Shown: positions 20,758 through 31,797 of the stretch, one piece after another | Position numbering within the stretch: position 1 is the first letter of the stretch | Layout of the letters: every line of letters starts with the position of its first letter | Assembly (NCBI GenBank): GCA_036514695.1 | Contig: DATBWQ010000092.1 | Coordinates: 1 to 57,211, forward strand | From: Gallionella sp. | Lineage (GTDB): Bacteria; Pseudomonadota; Gammaproteobacteria; Burkholderiales; Gallionellaceae | Length of the DNA: 57,211 nucleotides | Direction: 5' to 3' | Notes under the pieces: generated by a model | Told to the model about the DNA's origin: nothing | Database searches by the model: none | The model's input: the letters and a program-made list of their open reading frames with translations, nothing else | Position numbers and translations under genes: made by a program

Positions 20758-21790
20758 TGACTCCCGCTTCCGCAAAAGTCGCCATGCCGTTGTGCAGGGC
20801 GCAAGCCAATTGCAGGATAGGCACGGCGACAGCCGCCCCACTACCTTCGCCCAAGCGCATGCCTAGTTGTAACACGGGTTGCGCGTCCAGTGCGTCCAGT
20901 ACGCGCTGATGTCCCGGCTCGGCTGACGTATGGCCGAACAGCAACCAGCTGCGCACGGCAGGGTTGATGCGCACGGCAGCCAGCGCGGCGACCGAGCTGA
21001 TGAATCCATCCACCAGCACAGGTAAATCTTGTTGAGCGGCGGCGATATATGCGCCGCACAATCCGGCAATTTCAAAACCGCCGACATGGCGCAGAGCCGC
21101 CAAAGGATTGGCGTGACTCAGGTGATGCAACGCAATCGCCTGCTCGATCACACGCGCCTTATGCGCAACCCCGCTGCTATCCAGCCCGGTGCCGGGTCCG
21201 GACAACAACACAGGCGCAATTTGCAACAATACGCAGCCGATAGCACTGGCCGCAGTCGTATTGGCGATGCCCATTTCGCCACCGATAAATAATTGCGCGC
21301 CACTTTGTTTAGCGCGCAGCACCGCATCACGCCCGCTTTGCAACGCGGCTGCCAACTGTGTTTCGGTCATCGCCGCCTGTTGCAAAAAATTCGCCGTGCC
21401 TGCGGCGATGCGTTCATCGCGCACACCGGGCAGCGCTTCCACAACTGATACCGTACCAAGGTTGATGACTTCCAGCGTGGCACTCAATTGTTTGGCCAGC
21501 ACGCTGATCGCCGCACCGCCTCGCGCAAAATTGCGCACCATCTCCGCCGTCACGGCCTGCGGGAAGACCGACACGCCTTCTGCCGCCACTCCGTGATCGC
21601 TTGCAAATACACTGATGTGGATGCGCTGAAGTTGTGGACGCTCCACGCCTTGCAGCGCCGCAAGTTGCACGGCGATGTCTTCCAGGCGCGCCAATGCGCC
21701 GGGAGGCTTGGTCAGCTGTCCTTGACGGGCCAGTGCCGCAGCGCGCGCAGCTTCATTCGATGCAGCACAAGATGCTCTTGTCCATTCCAT
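20744..21790 (-). CDS. cobT: Nicotinate-nucleotide-dimethylbenzimidazole phosphoribosyltransferase
   Basis: [21 protein letters not shown] and RLGEGSGA motifs. Confidence 0.96.
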   Translation of the reverse strand: MEWTRASCAASNEAARAAALARQGQLTKPPGALARLEDIAVQLAALQGVERPQLQRIHISVFASDHGVAAEGVSVFPQAVTAEMVRNFARGGAAISVLAKQLSATLEVINLGTVSVVEALPGVRDERIAAGTANFLQQAAMTETQLAAALQSGRDAVLRAKQSGAQLFIGGEMGIANTTAASAIGCVLLQIAPVLLSGPGTGLDSSGVAHKARVIEQAIALHHLSHANPLAALRHVGGFEIAGLCGAYIAAAQQDLPVLVDGFISSVAALAAVRINPAVRSWLLFGHTSAEPGHQRVLDALDAQPVLQLGMRLGEGSGAAVAVPILQLACALHNGMATFAEAGVSEKD

Positions 21791-22306
21791 TCAATTTCCC
21801 TTCACGATGAGTGGCAGTCCTGCCACAGTTAAATATATTCGATCACATACTTGAGCCAGTTGCTGATGCAGCCGCCCCGCCTCGTCGCAATAACGCCGCG
21901 ACAATTCGCCCATGGGCACGACACCCATATTGGTTTCGTTGCTGACCAAAATGATCTGTCCGGGCAAGCGCGGCAGCACTTCCAGCAACGCGGCGCACTC
22001 GCTGCGTAGCTCCTGTTCGCTTGCATCGCATAGCAATTGCGTCAACCACAGCGTCACGCAATCCACCAGCACGCAACGCTGCACTGTTGCCTCCCGCTGC
22101 AGGACTTCAGCCAGATTCCGGCCTGCCTCGACCGAGAGCCAGCTATCCGATCTGCGTGCCTGATGTTCGGCCACGCGCCGCTGCATCTCCACATCGCGCA
22201 CCTGTGCGGTGGCGACATAGACCACCTGCAAGCCGGAGGCCAGCGCATGCTGTTCCGCCAGGCGGCTTTTGCCAGAACGCACACCGCCCAATATCAGTTC
22301 GCGCAT
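21791..22306 (-). CDS. cobU: Adenosylcobinamide kinase/guanylyltransferase
   Basis: [15 protein letters not shown] and VSNETNMG motifs. Confidence 0.95.
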   Translation of the reverse strand: MRELILGGVRSGKSRLAEQHALASGLQVVYVATAQVRDVEMQRRVAEHQARRSDSWLSVEAGRNLAEVLQREATVQRCVLVDCVTLWLTQLLCDASEQELRSECAALLEVLPRLPGQIILVSNETNMGVVPMGELSRRYCDEAGRLHQQLAQVCDRIYLTVAGLPLIVKGN

Positions 22307-23865
22307 GACATCTCTTCCAAAGTAAATAATTCCCGCAACTGCGCGGTATCCAGATATTGCTCCACTGCATCGGCGAGCCGCTCCAGATCGGCTTCGCGGC
22401 GCGCACGATAATCCAGCGTTGTCGCCTCGCGCAGCCCGGCCCAGCGCAACAGCGCGTCGGTCGCGGCGCTTGATTCGAACAGGCCATGCAGATAAGTGGC
22501 GAAGATTTGCCCGTCGCTGGAAATTGTTCCGTCTGCGCCGTGCTCAAGCTGCACTGCCGGATGCTGCAGCGCATGGCCCGCCGAAACCCCCGCATGTATC
22601 TCGTAGCCTGACACCGGCGCGCCTTCCAGCATCAGCGTGCCGCGCACATTGCGCAGTTGTTTTTCCGCTTGCAGCGTGGTGCTCAGTTCCAGCAATCCCA
22701 GCCCGATACTGCTGCCGGCTTCGCCTTCCAGCCCGAGCGGATCGTGAATCGACCGCCCCAGCATCTGCAAGCCGCCGCAGATGCCGATGAGTTTGCCGCC
22801 GTAGCGCAGATGATGTCGTATCGGGGCTTCCCAGCCTGCCTTGCGCAGGCTGTCGAGGTCGCCGCGCACCGCCTTGCTGCCCGGCAAGATGATCAAATCG
22901 GCGGCGGGAATAGCCTCGCCCAGCGCGACAAAACTGAACTCGATTTGCGGATGCAAGCGCAGCGGATCGAAGTCGGTGTGATTGCTGATGTGCGGTAACA
23001 CCGGCACGATGACGCGCAGCTTGCCGCCCCCTCTGATGAAACAACTAGCCATTCGACTAGGCTGATCAACTACGTCAGCCAAGTCGCTGGTTATCCCGCA
23101 GGCGGGAGAGGGTTGGGGTGAGGGTTGATGAGCGAAGAGCACAACCGGTAGCGCATCTTCCGCCTCCAGATGCAGCCCATGCAGATAAGGCAGCACGCCG
23201 AGCACCGGCTTGCCGGTATGCTGCTCCAGCCAATCCAGACCAGGCTGCAACAGCGCCAGATCGCCGCGAAAGCGGTTGATGACGAAGCCGACTACACGCG
23301 CCTGTTCGCTCTCGCTCAACAACGCCAGCGTGCCGACCAGGTGCGCGAACACGCCGCCACGGTCGATATCGGCGATCAGAATCACCGGGCAATCTACCGC
23401 TTCGGCAAAGCCCATGTTGGCGATGTCGCCCTCGCGCAGATTGATCTCGGCGGGACTACCCGCGCCCTCCACGACGATGACCGGATACTGCGCGCTCAGG
23501 CGCTGGTGCGACTCCAGCACCGCGTTGCGCACCGTACTTTTGTATTGGTGATATTCCAGCGCGTGCATGTTGCCGACCGCATGCCCGTGGATGATGACCT
23601 GCGCGCCGGTATCGCTGTTCGGCTTGAGCAGCACCGGATTCATATCGGTGTGCGGTGCAAGGCGCGCGGCTTGCGCCTGCACTGCCTGAGCGCGCCCGAT
23701 CTCGCCGCCGTCGCTGGTGACCGCGCTGTTCAACGCCATGTTCTGCGGCTTGAACGGCGCGACGCGCACGTCCTGCCGCACCAGCCATCGGCACAATGCC
23801 GCGACCAGCGTGCTCTTGCCCGCATCGGAGGTGGTGCCCTGGACCATTACCGTGCGCGCAGTCAT
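22294..23865 (-). CDS. cobQ: Cobyric acid synthase (with a repeat-derived in-frame insertion)
   Basis: [26 protein letters not shown] and GICGG motifs. Confidence 0.96.
   Translation of the reverse strand: MTARTVMVQGTTSDAGKSTLVAALCRWLVRQDVRVAPFKPQNMALNSAVTSDGGEIGRAQAVQAQAARLAPHTDMNPVLLKPNSDTGAQVIIHGHAVGNMHALEYHQYKSTVRNAVLESHQRLSAQYPVIVVEGAGSPAEINLREGDIANMGFAEAVDCPVILIADIDRGGVFAHLVGTLALLSESEQARVVGFVINRFRGDLALLQPGLDWLEQHTGKPVLGVLPYLHGLHLEAEDALPVVLFAHQPSPQPSPACGITSDLADVVDQPSRMASCFIRGGGKLRVIVPVLPHISNHTDFDPLRLHPQIEFSFVALGEAIPAADLIILPGSKAVRGDLDSLRKAGWEAPIRHHLRYGGKLIGICGGLQMLGRSIHDPLGLEGEAGSSIGLGLLELSTTLQAEKQLRNVRGTLMLEGAPVSGYEIHAGVSAGHALQHPAVQLEHGADGTISSDGQIFATYLHGLFESSAATDALLRWAGLREATTLDYRARREADLERLADAVEQYLDTAQLRELFTLEEMSCAN
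23035..23094 (+). mobile_element. 60-nt hairpin element nested in a CCCTCTCCC-type repeat within cobQ
   Basis: Removing it restores a repeat like the uninterrupted copy at ~38296-38332. Confidence 0.85.
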
Positions 23866-24845
23866 CGCTCGATCATCCCTAACGCTTGCGTCAAACGCGC
23901 CCATAGCATCTCATCGCGTGGCAGTCCAAAGCGCAGGCTAGATGGCGTATCGAACAAGCGCGTCAGAATGCCTTGTTGTGCGAGTTGCTCATGCACGCTT
24001 GCGGCATCCTCACAGCACACCCATTGAAACAGCGCGCAGCCGCCGTTTGGCGCCAAACCGGAGGCTCGCAGCAAATCCGCCAAGCGTTGCGCTGCCAGCG
24101 GCAGAGCCTTGCGAGCAGTGTCTTGCCAAGCCGTATCGCGCAATGTCAGTGTCGCCACATAGCGCGACGGCGCAGCAATCGTCCACGGCCCCAGCAACTC
24201 GGCAAGCGGCTGCAACACAGCCTGTTCCGCCAACACGAAACCGACTCGTGTCCCGGCCAGCCCGAAAAATTTTCCCAATGAACGCAGCACGATCAAACCG
24301 GGGCGCGGGTAGGCAGCCGCGAGGCTGTGTTCTGGCATGGCGTCGATGAATGCCTCATCCACTACCAGCCAGCCGCCGCGCACTGCTAGTTGCGCATGCA
24401 GGCGCAGCAATTCACCTACGCTAATAAGATTGCCGGTCGGGTTGTTAGGATTGACGATGACTACGACTTGCGCGGCTGGGCCGGCTTGCATAATCGCTGT
24501 CGCAGCCACGCTGATAACCTGATGGCCGTGGCGCTGCCATGCATGCGCGTGTTCCGCGTAACTGGTCGCCACCAGCGCCACTTGCGCAGGCGGGCGCAAC
24601 ATCGGCAGGGCCTGAATCGCCGCCTGCGACCCTGCCACCGCCATTAATTGTGATGTGCCGTAATAACCTCGAGCTGCGTCGTTCAGCTCATCGTCATCCT
24701 GCGGCAGGCGCTGCCAGATATCGCCCGGCACGACGGTCACCGGCCAGCCATTCGGGTTGATGCCGGTGGACAAATCCAGCCAGTCCTCCTTGGCGATTCC
24801 ATATTGCCGCGCTGCGCGGCGCAGCCTGCCGCCGTGCTCAAGCAT
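23862..24845 (-). CDS. cobD: Threonine-phosphate decarboxylase
   Basis: [19 protein letters not shown] and [11 protein letters not shown] motifs. Confidence 0.93.
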   Translation of the reverse strand: MLEHGGRLRRAARQYGIAKEDWLDLSTGINPNGWPVTVVPGDIWQRLPQDDDELNDAARGYYGTSQLMAVAGSQAAIQALPMLRPPAQVALVATSYAEHAHAWQRHGHQVISVAATAIMQAGPAAQVVVIVNPNNPTGNLISVGELLRLHAQLAVRGGWLVVDEAFIDAMPEHSLAAAYPRPGLIVLRSLGKFFGLAGTRVGFVLAEQAVLQPLAELLGPWTIAAPSRYVATLTLRDTAWQDTARKALPLAAQRLADLLRASGLAPNGGCALFQWVCCEDAASVHEQLAQQGILTRLFDTPSSLRFGLPRDEMLWARLTQALGMIER

Positions 24846-25800
24846 GTTGCCACCCTGAAGTTAACAGCGCCACCAACGCAATGACAGCCAGCCAAACATA
24901 CAGAGCATGGCGCACCAGCCGTATAGCGCGCGCAATGTCGGAAGCTTGCGCCGCATTGCCCACACCCAGCACAGGGCGCGCCTCGCTCACTCCGTGATAA
25001 TTTGCCGCCCCGCCCAACGTCACCATCAGGCTGCCTGCGCCGCTCGCCATCACCGGCCCAGCGTTCGGGCTGTCCCAGGCATGTGCCTGTTGCCGCCAGC
25101 AGTGCAGCGCAGTACGTGTATTGCCGAGCAGCGCATAGGTGAGCGCGGTGAGGCGCGCCGGGATGAAATTCAGCACATCGTCCAGACGCGCCGCCACCCA
25201 GCCAAAATAGTTATAGCGCGCATTGCGGTAGCCCCACATCGCATCCAGCGTATTGCTCAGGCGATACAGCAGCGCGCCCGGCGCTCCCGCGACAACGAAC
25301 CAGAACAGCGTGCCGAATACCGCATCGCTGCCGTTTTCCAGCACTGATTCCACTGTGGCGCGTGCCACGCCGGACTCGTCCAATTGGCCGGTGTCGCGGC
25401 TGACCATCAAGCTCAACTGACGGCGCGCATCCGGCAAATTTCCGGCAGAAAAAGCGTCAGCCACGCGCTCGGCGTGCTCGCGCAGGCTGCGCGGTGCGAT
25501 GGCGAAATACAGCAGGGCTATGGAAAATAGCATGCCGAAAATTGCAAATTGTTGCAGCAGCGACGCGAGTGCTACGAGCGGAATCAGCAACACAAACACT
25601 GCGGCGATGCCGCGCAGGTAGTGCGCGGCGGGAGCGGCATCCGCAGCACCGTAAAATATGTTCTCGACTCGCCGCGCCAGATTGCCGAAGCCAACCAGCG
25701 GGTGAAAACGGCGCGGCTCGCCCAGCAATCGGTCGAGCAATACCGCCGCAAGAATCATCAGCGGTATTGTCAGATGATTAAAAAATTCCAATATCTGCAT
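24838..25800 (-). CDS. cbiB: Adenosylcobinamide-phosphate synthase
   Basis: HPLVGFG, ESVLENGSD, NTLDAMWGY and SPNAG motifs. Confidence 0.95.
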   Translation of the reverse strand: MQILEFFNHLTIPLMILAAVLLDRLLGEPRRFHPLVGFGNLARRVENIFYGAADAAPAAHYLRGIAAVFVLLIPLVALASLLQQFAIFGMLFSIALLYFAIAPRSLREHAERVADAFSAGNLPDARRQLSLMVSRDTGQLDESGVARATVESVLENGSDAVFGTLFWFVVAGAPGALLYRLSNTLDAMWGYRNARYNYFGWVAARLDDVLNFIPARLTALTYALLGNTRTALHCWRQQAHAWDSPNAGPVMASGAGSLMVTLGGAANYHGVSEARPVLGVGNAAQASDIARAIRLVRHALYVWLAVIALVALLTSGWQHA

Positions 25801-25822
25801 TTATTAAATCAGGAACCAAAAT

Positions 25823-25901
25823 GTAGGTCGGGTTAGCACAGCGTAACCCGACAACGTCATATACATATCACGTCGGGTTACGCTGCGCTAACCCGACCTA
25901 C
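25823..25901. repeat. REPIN (GTAG family)
   Basis: GTAGGTCGGGTTAGC...GCTAACCCGACCTAC; related single REPs at ~27224-27253 and ~56411-56446. Confidence 0.85.
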
Positions 25902-25946
25902 GTCTGCTGCATCACAAAGCAATCAAAGGATGCAGTGCAAACAGGA

Positions 25947-26561
25947 TTACAGCTCAATGCCTTTTTGCGCCTGTATTCCGGCATCAAACGCATGCTTGAT
26001 CGGGCGCATTTCCGTGACGGTATCGGCGAATGCTATCAGCGCATCGGGCGCGGCGCGGCCGGTCAAGACCACATGCTGCATCGGCGGGCGGTTACGCAAG
26101 GCTTCCAGCACTTGCTCGACATCAAGGTAATGCAGCTTCAGTGCGATGTTGATTTCGTCCAGCACCACCAGCGCGATTTCCGGATTGCGCAACATGCTGC
26201 AAGCCGCATCCCATGCGGCTTCCGCCTTTGCGATATCGCGTTGCTTGTCCTGCATTTCCCAAGTGAAGCCTTCGCCCATCACGTGAAACTCAACTTCGGG
26301 GAAGCGGCGGAAAAATGCTTCTTCGCCGGTGGGAGAGCTTCCCTTGATGAACTGCACCACGCCGACGCGCATGTTGTGCCCGAGCGCGCGGGCAACCATG
26401 CCGAACGCCGAGCTGCTCTTGCCCTTGCCATTGCCGGTGTGCACCAGCACCACGCCGCGATTCTCCGTGGCGCGGGCGATTTTTGCGTCGACGATTTCCT
26501 TGTGGCGCTGCGTGCGGGTACGGTGCTGTTCGTCGGCAAAAACGGTGTTTTTATCGCTCAT
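25947..26561 (-). CDS. cobO: Cob(I)alamin adenosyltransferase
   Basis: HTGNGKGKS, VVQFIKG, LDEI and VLTGR motifs. Confidence 0.95.
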   Translation of the reverse strand: MSDKNTVFADEQHRTRTQRHKEIVDAKIARATENRGVVLVHTGNGKGKSSSAFGMVARALGHNMRVGVVQFIKGSSPTGEEAFFRRFPEVEFHVMGEGFTWEMQDKQRDIAKAEAAWDAACSMLRNPEIALVVLDEINIALKLHYLDVEQVLEALRNRPPMQHVVLTGRAAPDALIAFADTVTEMRPIKHAFDAGIQAQKGIEL

Positions 26562-27133
26562 TATTTGCTGGTTGTTTTAGCGGCAACTGGCGCGCGAACC
26601 GTCAGTGCGACATACAACGCAGCCGCACAAGCCAGATACAGCAGGGCGCCGGTCATGTAGAGCGGAAAGTATTGCGCCATCTGCGCACCATATTCAGCTA
26701 AGCCCATGCCAGGTTGGCGCCCCGAAAACAGGTAGAACGCGCCTTCGGAAATAATAAACGCCACGCTTACCGCTGCGAATGCGATGCCTGAAAATATTCC
26801 CAGACTGCGCCAGCTTTGTTGATGAATGCGCGCATAGTAGCGGCCCGCAAACCACACTACCGCATAAGTCGGAATCAAAAATCCATAAGCAGGTGTAACG
26901 CAATAATCGTTCACGCCCAGATGGGCGATCGCCACATAATCCAGTGCACCCGCTTCAAGCAACAGGCCGGCAAAAAGCAGCGGGCTGGCGATGAAAAAAC
27001 CCGCCAGCAGGAATACCGCCAGCGAAGCATCCGGCAAATGCAATGCGCTGCCGAAATGATGCATGCGCGTGGCCGCCATTAGTGCTGCCAAAACCAAACC
27101 GATTAATGCCGAACGTTGAGATAACAGTTTCAT
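26561..27133 (-). CDS. btuM: BtuM-type cobalamin transporter (solitary ECF S-component)
   Basis: TRxHH..HLPDAS and DYC(V)TPAY motifs; directly downstream of btuB. Confidence 0.75.
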   Translation of the reverse strand: MKLLSQRSALIGLVLAALMAATRMHHFGSALHLPDASLAVFLLAGFFIASPLLFAGLLLEAGALDYVAIAHLGVNDYCVTPAYGFLIPTYAVVWFAGRYYARIHQQSWRSLGIFSGIAFAAVSVAFIISEGAFYLFSGRQPGMGLAEYGAQMAQYFPLYMTGALLYLACAAALYVALTVRAPVAAKTTSK

Positions 27134-27259
27134 GTTGCGCTCCTTAAAAAATGAAGAAAAATGTTGTGCAGGCGCAGCCCACCTTGCAAAAACTGCTGCG
27201 CCGAATCATACCCCCGCAGAATCGTTGGGTTACGCTACGCTAACCCAACCTGCAAAAGC

Positions 27260-29104
27260 TTAGTTTTTTGGCTGGTAATTCAGCGTGAAGTATAACCCGC
27301 GCCGTGCCTGATTAAAGTACTGCGCGGTCTCATATTGCTTGTCCAGCAAATTGTCGATCCGCCCCTGCATCAGCCAAGCCGCTGCGACGCGATATTCGGC
27401 ATGCATGTCGAGCAGCCCGTAGCCGCCCAATTGCTTGGTATTGGCAAGGTCATCAAATCGGCGGCCTTCGGCATACAGCGAACTGGCGAGACGATATGCG
27501 CCAAAGTCATGTGCCGCTTCGATGCGTATCGTTTTGGTTGCGCGGCGATTCAGCAGCTTGCCTTGATTCGCACCGGAGGTTTGACGCGGGTCTTGCAGGG
27601 TCAGTGTACTGTTGATGTCCAAGCCAGCCAACTGCGTTTGCAGTTGGCCTTCCAGACCTTTTAGACGCGCAGTATCGATATTGACTGGATTATATAAAGC
27701 ATCAAAGCCAATCAAATCGCTGATGGCAGTTTGATACGCATTCAGCGACCAATTGCTGGCTGTGCCATGTCCCGCCACGCCGATTTCCAGGCTGCGCGAT
27801 AACTCGGGGCGCAGCGTCGCACTGCCGAATCCGGGGTAATACAACTGATTGAAGGTCGGAGCTTTGAACGCTGTGCCATAAGAAGCCATCAGGCGCGTCG
27901 CATCGCTGACCGAATAACCGTAACCCAGACCGCCAGTGTTGTGGCCGCCGAACTGCTGGTTATTATCGCGACGCGCACTGGCTTGCAAACTATGTCCACC
28001 GAAGCCGCCCTGGTATTGCCCGAACAACGCATTATTGCTGCGCGCCGTTTGTGTATAGACTTGTGCCGGTGCTGTAACATCAGGCAACGCATCAATCTTG
28101 TCATTCAGATAATCAATCCCTGCACTGATCATCTGGCTTTCGCTTACTGCCACATCGTTTTGCCAAGTCAGGCTGTCGCGTTGGGTATTGAAGCGCGAGA
28201 TATACAGCCCATTAAATAAGATGTCCGACTTGTCCTGGCTGCGCCCACCGCGCAAAGTGACGTTCCATGTTGTCAGTGGTGCAAATTTTAGCGTGCCGCC
28301 CAGAACTTGCTGCGCCGACTTGGCCTGGTTGCCCGCAAAAATGCTGCCGTCGGTTTGCACATTGCTGTTGGCTTGCAATGCATTGAGCTCAGCCGTTACG
28401 CTCTGCGCAAAGCGATAACCGCCATTCAGTCCCAGCGACGAGTTGTGATAGCCGTCTTTATCCGGCTCATCGGTATAACAGCCTGCCGCCAGATTGCCCC
28501 GGCACGCATTAAATCCCCGCGTGTTTTGCTGGTTGATTTTTGCGTTAAACCAGCCTTGCTCACCGCCGCCAGCCAACCCGAGCGTTGTGTTATACGTGCC
28601 GTAGCTACCCGCTGTGAAGCTGACTGAAGGCGTCAGCGCGCCGCCGCCCCTGCGGGTAAAAATCTGGATCACGCCGCCGATTGCTTCCGAGCCATACAGG
28701 CTGGCGCGCGGGCCGCGCACGATTTCGATGCGCTCGATTTGCGCGACCGGAATATCCTGAAACGATGCCGTGCCCAATGTGGCCGAGCCGACCTTGATGC
28801 CATCCACCAGTACCAATACGTGATCGGCATTGGTGCCGCGCAGAAACACCGAGGTTGCCTTGCCTGCGCCGCCATTGTTGCTGATGGTCAGGCCCGCCAC
28901 GCCGCGCAGCACATCGGGTAACGATTGTGCTTGCAGGCGTGCTATATCCTGGCGGGTGATGACGGTAACGGAAGCCAGTGTCGCATCGGCTGATTGCGCG
29001 GTGCGCGAGGCGGTGACGACTACATCCGGCAGGGTTTCGTTAACAGCGGCGTAAGCATGGGTACACGCCGCACTGAGTAGGGCGGCTGATAGTTTGTATT
29101 TCAT
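27260..29104 (-). CDS. btuB: TonB-dependent cobalamin receptor
   Basis: VVVTASR, plug IERIEIVRGPRASLYGSEAIGGVI; downstream of a B12 riboswitch. Confidence 0.93.
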   Translation of the reverse strand: MKYKLSAALLSAACTHAYAAVNETLPDVVVTASRTAQSADATLASVTVITRQDIARLQAQSLPDVLRGVAGLTISNNGGAGKATSVFLRGTNADHVLVLVDGIKVGSATLGTASFQDIPVAQIERIEIVRGPRASLYGSEAIGGVIQIFTRRGGGALTPSVSFTAGSYGTYNTTLGLAGGGEQGWFNAKINQQNTRGFNACRGNLAAGCYTDEPDKDGYHNSSLGLNGGYRFAQSVTAELNALQANSNVQTDGSIFAGNQAKSAQQVLGGTLKFAPLTTWNVTLRGGRSQDKSDILFNGLYISRFNTQRDSLTWQNDVAVSESQMISAGIDYLNDKIDALPDVTAPAQVYTQTARSNNALFGQYQGGFGGHSLQASARRDNNQQFGGHNTGGLGYGYSVSDATRLMASYGTAFKAPTFNQLYYPGFGSATLRPELSRSLEIGVAGHGTASNWSLNAYQTAISDLIGFDALYNPVNIDTARLKGLEGQLQTQLAGLDINSTLTLQDPRQTSGANQGKLLNRRATKTIRIEAAHDFGAYRLASSLYAEGRRFDDLANTKQLGGYGLLDMHAEYRVAAAWLMQGRIDNLLDKQYETAQYFNQARRGLYFTLNYQPKN

Positions 29105-29244
29105 TTGATGCGCTCCTGAAAAGTTCCAAGCGTCCCCGCTGGAACGTTAATATTCAGGTGATGCGCGGGTGGAAAGCAGAATACGAAAGAAGTTGCTTTT
29201 CGATATTATCCCGATGCGCCGCCCGCAGCATCTCCTGTTCATTT

Positions 29245-29425
29245 GCTCTCAGGCCGGTCTCCGGGCTCGCAAGTCTTGATTTGCCGCCTTCCCATGATCT
29301 CTCACAGTGGCATACTGGCAAATCCGCACTCGCTTACCGTTGCGGGGGCAGCACAGGCATCGGGTTATTCCCTCACCTGTTTCCCGTTTAACCCGTCTGT
29401 CGCCAGACGGGAACCTCAAAGCAGC
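29245..29425 (-). promoter_or_regulatory. Cobalamin riboswitch
   Basis: Reverse complement has GGTT...AAACGGGAA..GGTG..CTGCCCCCGCAACGGTAA..GCCACTG..GGGAAGG..GAGCCCGGAGACCGGCC. Confidence 0.93.
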
Positions 29426-29545
29426 GCGCACTTTAACACAGGCGTCGCGAACACAAGCAAAAGACTCCGGCAAAAATCACAAACCGCTTTCAAAACTCCC
29501 GCTTACCGTTTGACTTATCAGCACTTTTCAAATTATAGTCAGCGC

Positions 29546-29746
29546 ATGGAAAATGAATTGACCGCCTTGGAGGGCAAACTCGCGCAACTGATACAGGTCA
29601 GCGGCAAGCTGCGTTCGGAAAATATTCAATTACGCCAGGAGTTAGCGCACGCTCTCAGCAACAATCGTCAATACAGCGACAAACTGGTGGCCGCAAAAGC
29701 TCGCCTGGAAAAGCTGCTGCTTACCCTCCCCGAGGAACAGACATGA
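29546..29746 (+). CDS. Small coiled-coil protein (ZapB-like position)
   Basis: 66-aa coiled coil overlapping the zapA start. Confidence 0.75.
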   Translation: MENELTALEGKLAQLIQVSGKLRSENIQLRQELAHALSNNRQYSDKLVAAKARLEKLLLTLPEEQT

Positions 29747-30054
29747 GCAATGCAACCAAAACCCTGGATGTCAAGATCCTCGACCGGGAATTACGTATCG
29801 CCTGCCCCGAAGAAGAGCGCGGCGAATTGCTGGATGCCGTGGCTTATCTGGACAAGAAGATGCGCGAGATCCACGAGTCCGGCAAGATCGCCAGTGTCGA
29901 GCGCATCGCGCTGATGGCGGCGCTCAACATCACCCACGAATTGCTCGGCATGAAGGTCGGACGCGGAGTTGACCTTGCCGACTTTACGCGTAGAATGAAT
30001 TCCATGCAGGCAGCGATCGATGAGGCTTTGGCCGAACAGGACACGCTGTTCTAG
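29743..30054 (+). CDS. zapA: Cell division protein ZapA
   Basis: VKILDRELRIACP and ERIALMAALNI motifs. Confidence 0.93.
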   Translation: MSNATKTLDVKILDRELRIACPEEERGELLDAVAYLDKKMREIHESGKIASVERIALMAALNITHELLGMKVGRGVDLADFTRRMNSMQAAIDEALAEQDTLF

Positions 30055-30072
30055 ATATTCATTTCGGGTTTG

Positions 30073-30258
30073 TCCCCTGCGGTGTTCGTCAGGCTCATAA
30101 TTCTTTGGACCCATAAGCTACGGCTTAGGTTGCGACCCTCGATGTTACTGTTGTGCGCGTCCCCAACGTATTTATCTGGCGGATGTACCTGATGTAACTG
30201 GGAAGCAGCCCTCTTGAACCCAGGTTCAAGATGCTGAGTCAACGGCACAGGCGGGGGG
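30073..30258 (+). ncRNA. ssrS: 6S RNA
   Basis: TCCCCTGCGGTGTTCGTCAG...CTTGAACC..GGTTCAAG...GCGGGGG directly after zapA. Confidence 0.88.
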
Positions 30259-30307
30259 CTCTATTTAAAATGCGGCTAAGGCCGCATTTTCTTTTGGATG
30301 ACAAGCC

Positions 30308-30769
30308 ATGAGATATTGGTTAATGAAATCTGAACCTTCCGATTGCAGCATCGACGACCTCGCCGCGCTGCCCGACCAGACCGTGGCCTGGTACGGCGTG
30401 CGAAATTATCAGGCACGCAATTTCATGCGCGACCAGATGAAAGTCGGCGACGGCGTGTTGTTCTATCACTCCAACTGCAAGGAACCGGGCATCGCCGGCA
30501 TCGCCAGAGTCAGCAGCACCGCCTATCCAGATGCCACGCAGTTCAAGCGCAGCAGCAGATACTTCGACCCCAGGGCCAAGCCGGAACAGCCGCGCTGGTT
30601 CAATGTTGACGTGCAACTGGTGAAGAAGATCGCGCTGATCACGATCGGCGAATTGCGCCGTCATCCCGAACTGTCACGGATGCGCACCCTGCAAACCGGC
30701 AACCGCCTGTCCATCACCCCTCTCGATCCGGCGGAGTGGGAATTCATCACAGAACGTCTGGCCAGATGA
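30308..30769 (+). CDS. EVE domain protein
   Basis: YWLMKSEP, GVRNYQARN, FYHS and RLSITP motifs. Confidence 0.95.
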   Translation: MRYWLMKSEPSDCSIDDLAALPDQTVAWYGVRNYQARNFMRDQMKVGDGVLFYHSNCKEPGIAGIARVSSTAYPDATQFKRSSRYFDPRAKPEQPRWFNVDVQLVKKIALITIGELRRHPELSRMRTLQTGNRLSITPLDPAEWEFITERLAR

Positions 30770-30805
30770 GCGCCGCAACAAGTTTCCCTCCCTTTTGCAT
30801 CAGGC

Positions 30806-30830
30806 GTAGGGTGCGTGGAACGCACCCTAC
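30806..30830. repeat. Palindromic GTAG REP
   Basis: GTAGGGTGCGTGGAACGCACCCTAC. Confidence 0.8.
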
Positions 30831-30870
30831 AAAATTGTTTTTGTCATTCTAAAAAGAGAAATGGAATAGC

Positions 30871-31668
30871 ATGGAATGGTATGCAGCCTATCTCGCCCTC
30901 GGCGCATTCGCCGGTTTCCTCGCCGGGCTGTTCGGTGTCGGAGGCGGGCTGGTGCTGGTGCCCGTGCTGCTGTTGTTGTTCGACGCGCAGCATTTCCCCG
31001 TTGAACATGTGATGCATCTCGCCCTCGGCACCTCGATGGCGACCATCGTGTTCACCTCGCTGTCCAGCATGCGCAAGCATCATCAGCACGGCGCGGTGAA
31101 CTGGCGCGTGGTGCGCAACATCACCCCCGGCATCCTGCTCGGCACTCTGTTTGGCGCGCTGCTCGCCGCATCCATCCCGACGCGCGGGCTGGGCATATTC
31201 TTCACGTTGTTCGTGTATTTCGCGGCAGCGCAGATCGTGCTCGACGTTCGCCCGCACGCTACACGCCAGTTGCCGGGCATGACAGGCATGACCTCAGTGG
31301 GAACATTCACCGGATGGATCAGCACTCTGGTCTCAATCGGCGGGGGAACCGTGGTCGTTCCCTTCCTGGTCTGGTGCAATGTGCCGCTGCGCAATGCCAT
31401 CGGCACTTCAGCCGCGATCGGCTTTCCGATTGCGGTCGGCGGAACGACCGGTTATGTCGCCACCGGACTTTCATTGGAAACTTTGCCGCAACATACCCTG
31501 GGGTATGTCTACCTGCCCGCGCTGTTCTGGGTCGCGCTCGCCAGCATCATCACCGCACCGCTGGGCGCAAAAGCCACGCATCACATGAGAGTCAGCTTGT
31601 TGCGCAAACTGTTCGCCGTGCTGTTGATCGCATTGGCGACCAAGCTGTTGCTCAAGGTTATCGCATAA
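30871..31668 (+). CDS. Sulfite exporter TauE/SafE family membrane protein
   Basis: GLFGVGGG and ALGTS motifs; multiple TM helices. Confidence 0.92.
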   Translation: MEWYAAYLALGAFAGFLAGLFGVGGGLVLVPVLLLLFDAQHFPVEHVMHLALGTSMATIVFTSLSSMRKHHQHGAVNWRVVRNITPGILLGTLFGALLAASIPTRGLGIFFTLFVYFAAAQIVLDVRPHATRQLPGMTGMTSVGTFTGWISTLVSIGGGTVVVPFLVWCNVPLRNAIGTSAAIGFPIAVGGTTGYVATGLSLETLPQHTLGYVYLPALFWVALASIITAPLGAKATHHMRVSLLRKLFAVLLIALATKLLLKVIA

Positions 31669-31797
31669 ACCTATTCTGATTCCAGAATAAACGGGATTAC
31701 AGGGCGGGTTCTACCCGCCGGTTCAGGCCTGTTCTGAGTGTATCAACAGGGTGCAGGGCGGAGCCCGGCCTAAGATAGATTGGTGCAATAATGCCGC

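Noticed and set aside
30308..30769. EVE protein as part of a modification-dependent restriction system
   Set aside because: It is a stand-alone EVE gene in a housekeeping zapA-6S context with no nuclease partner.
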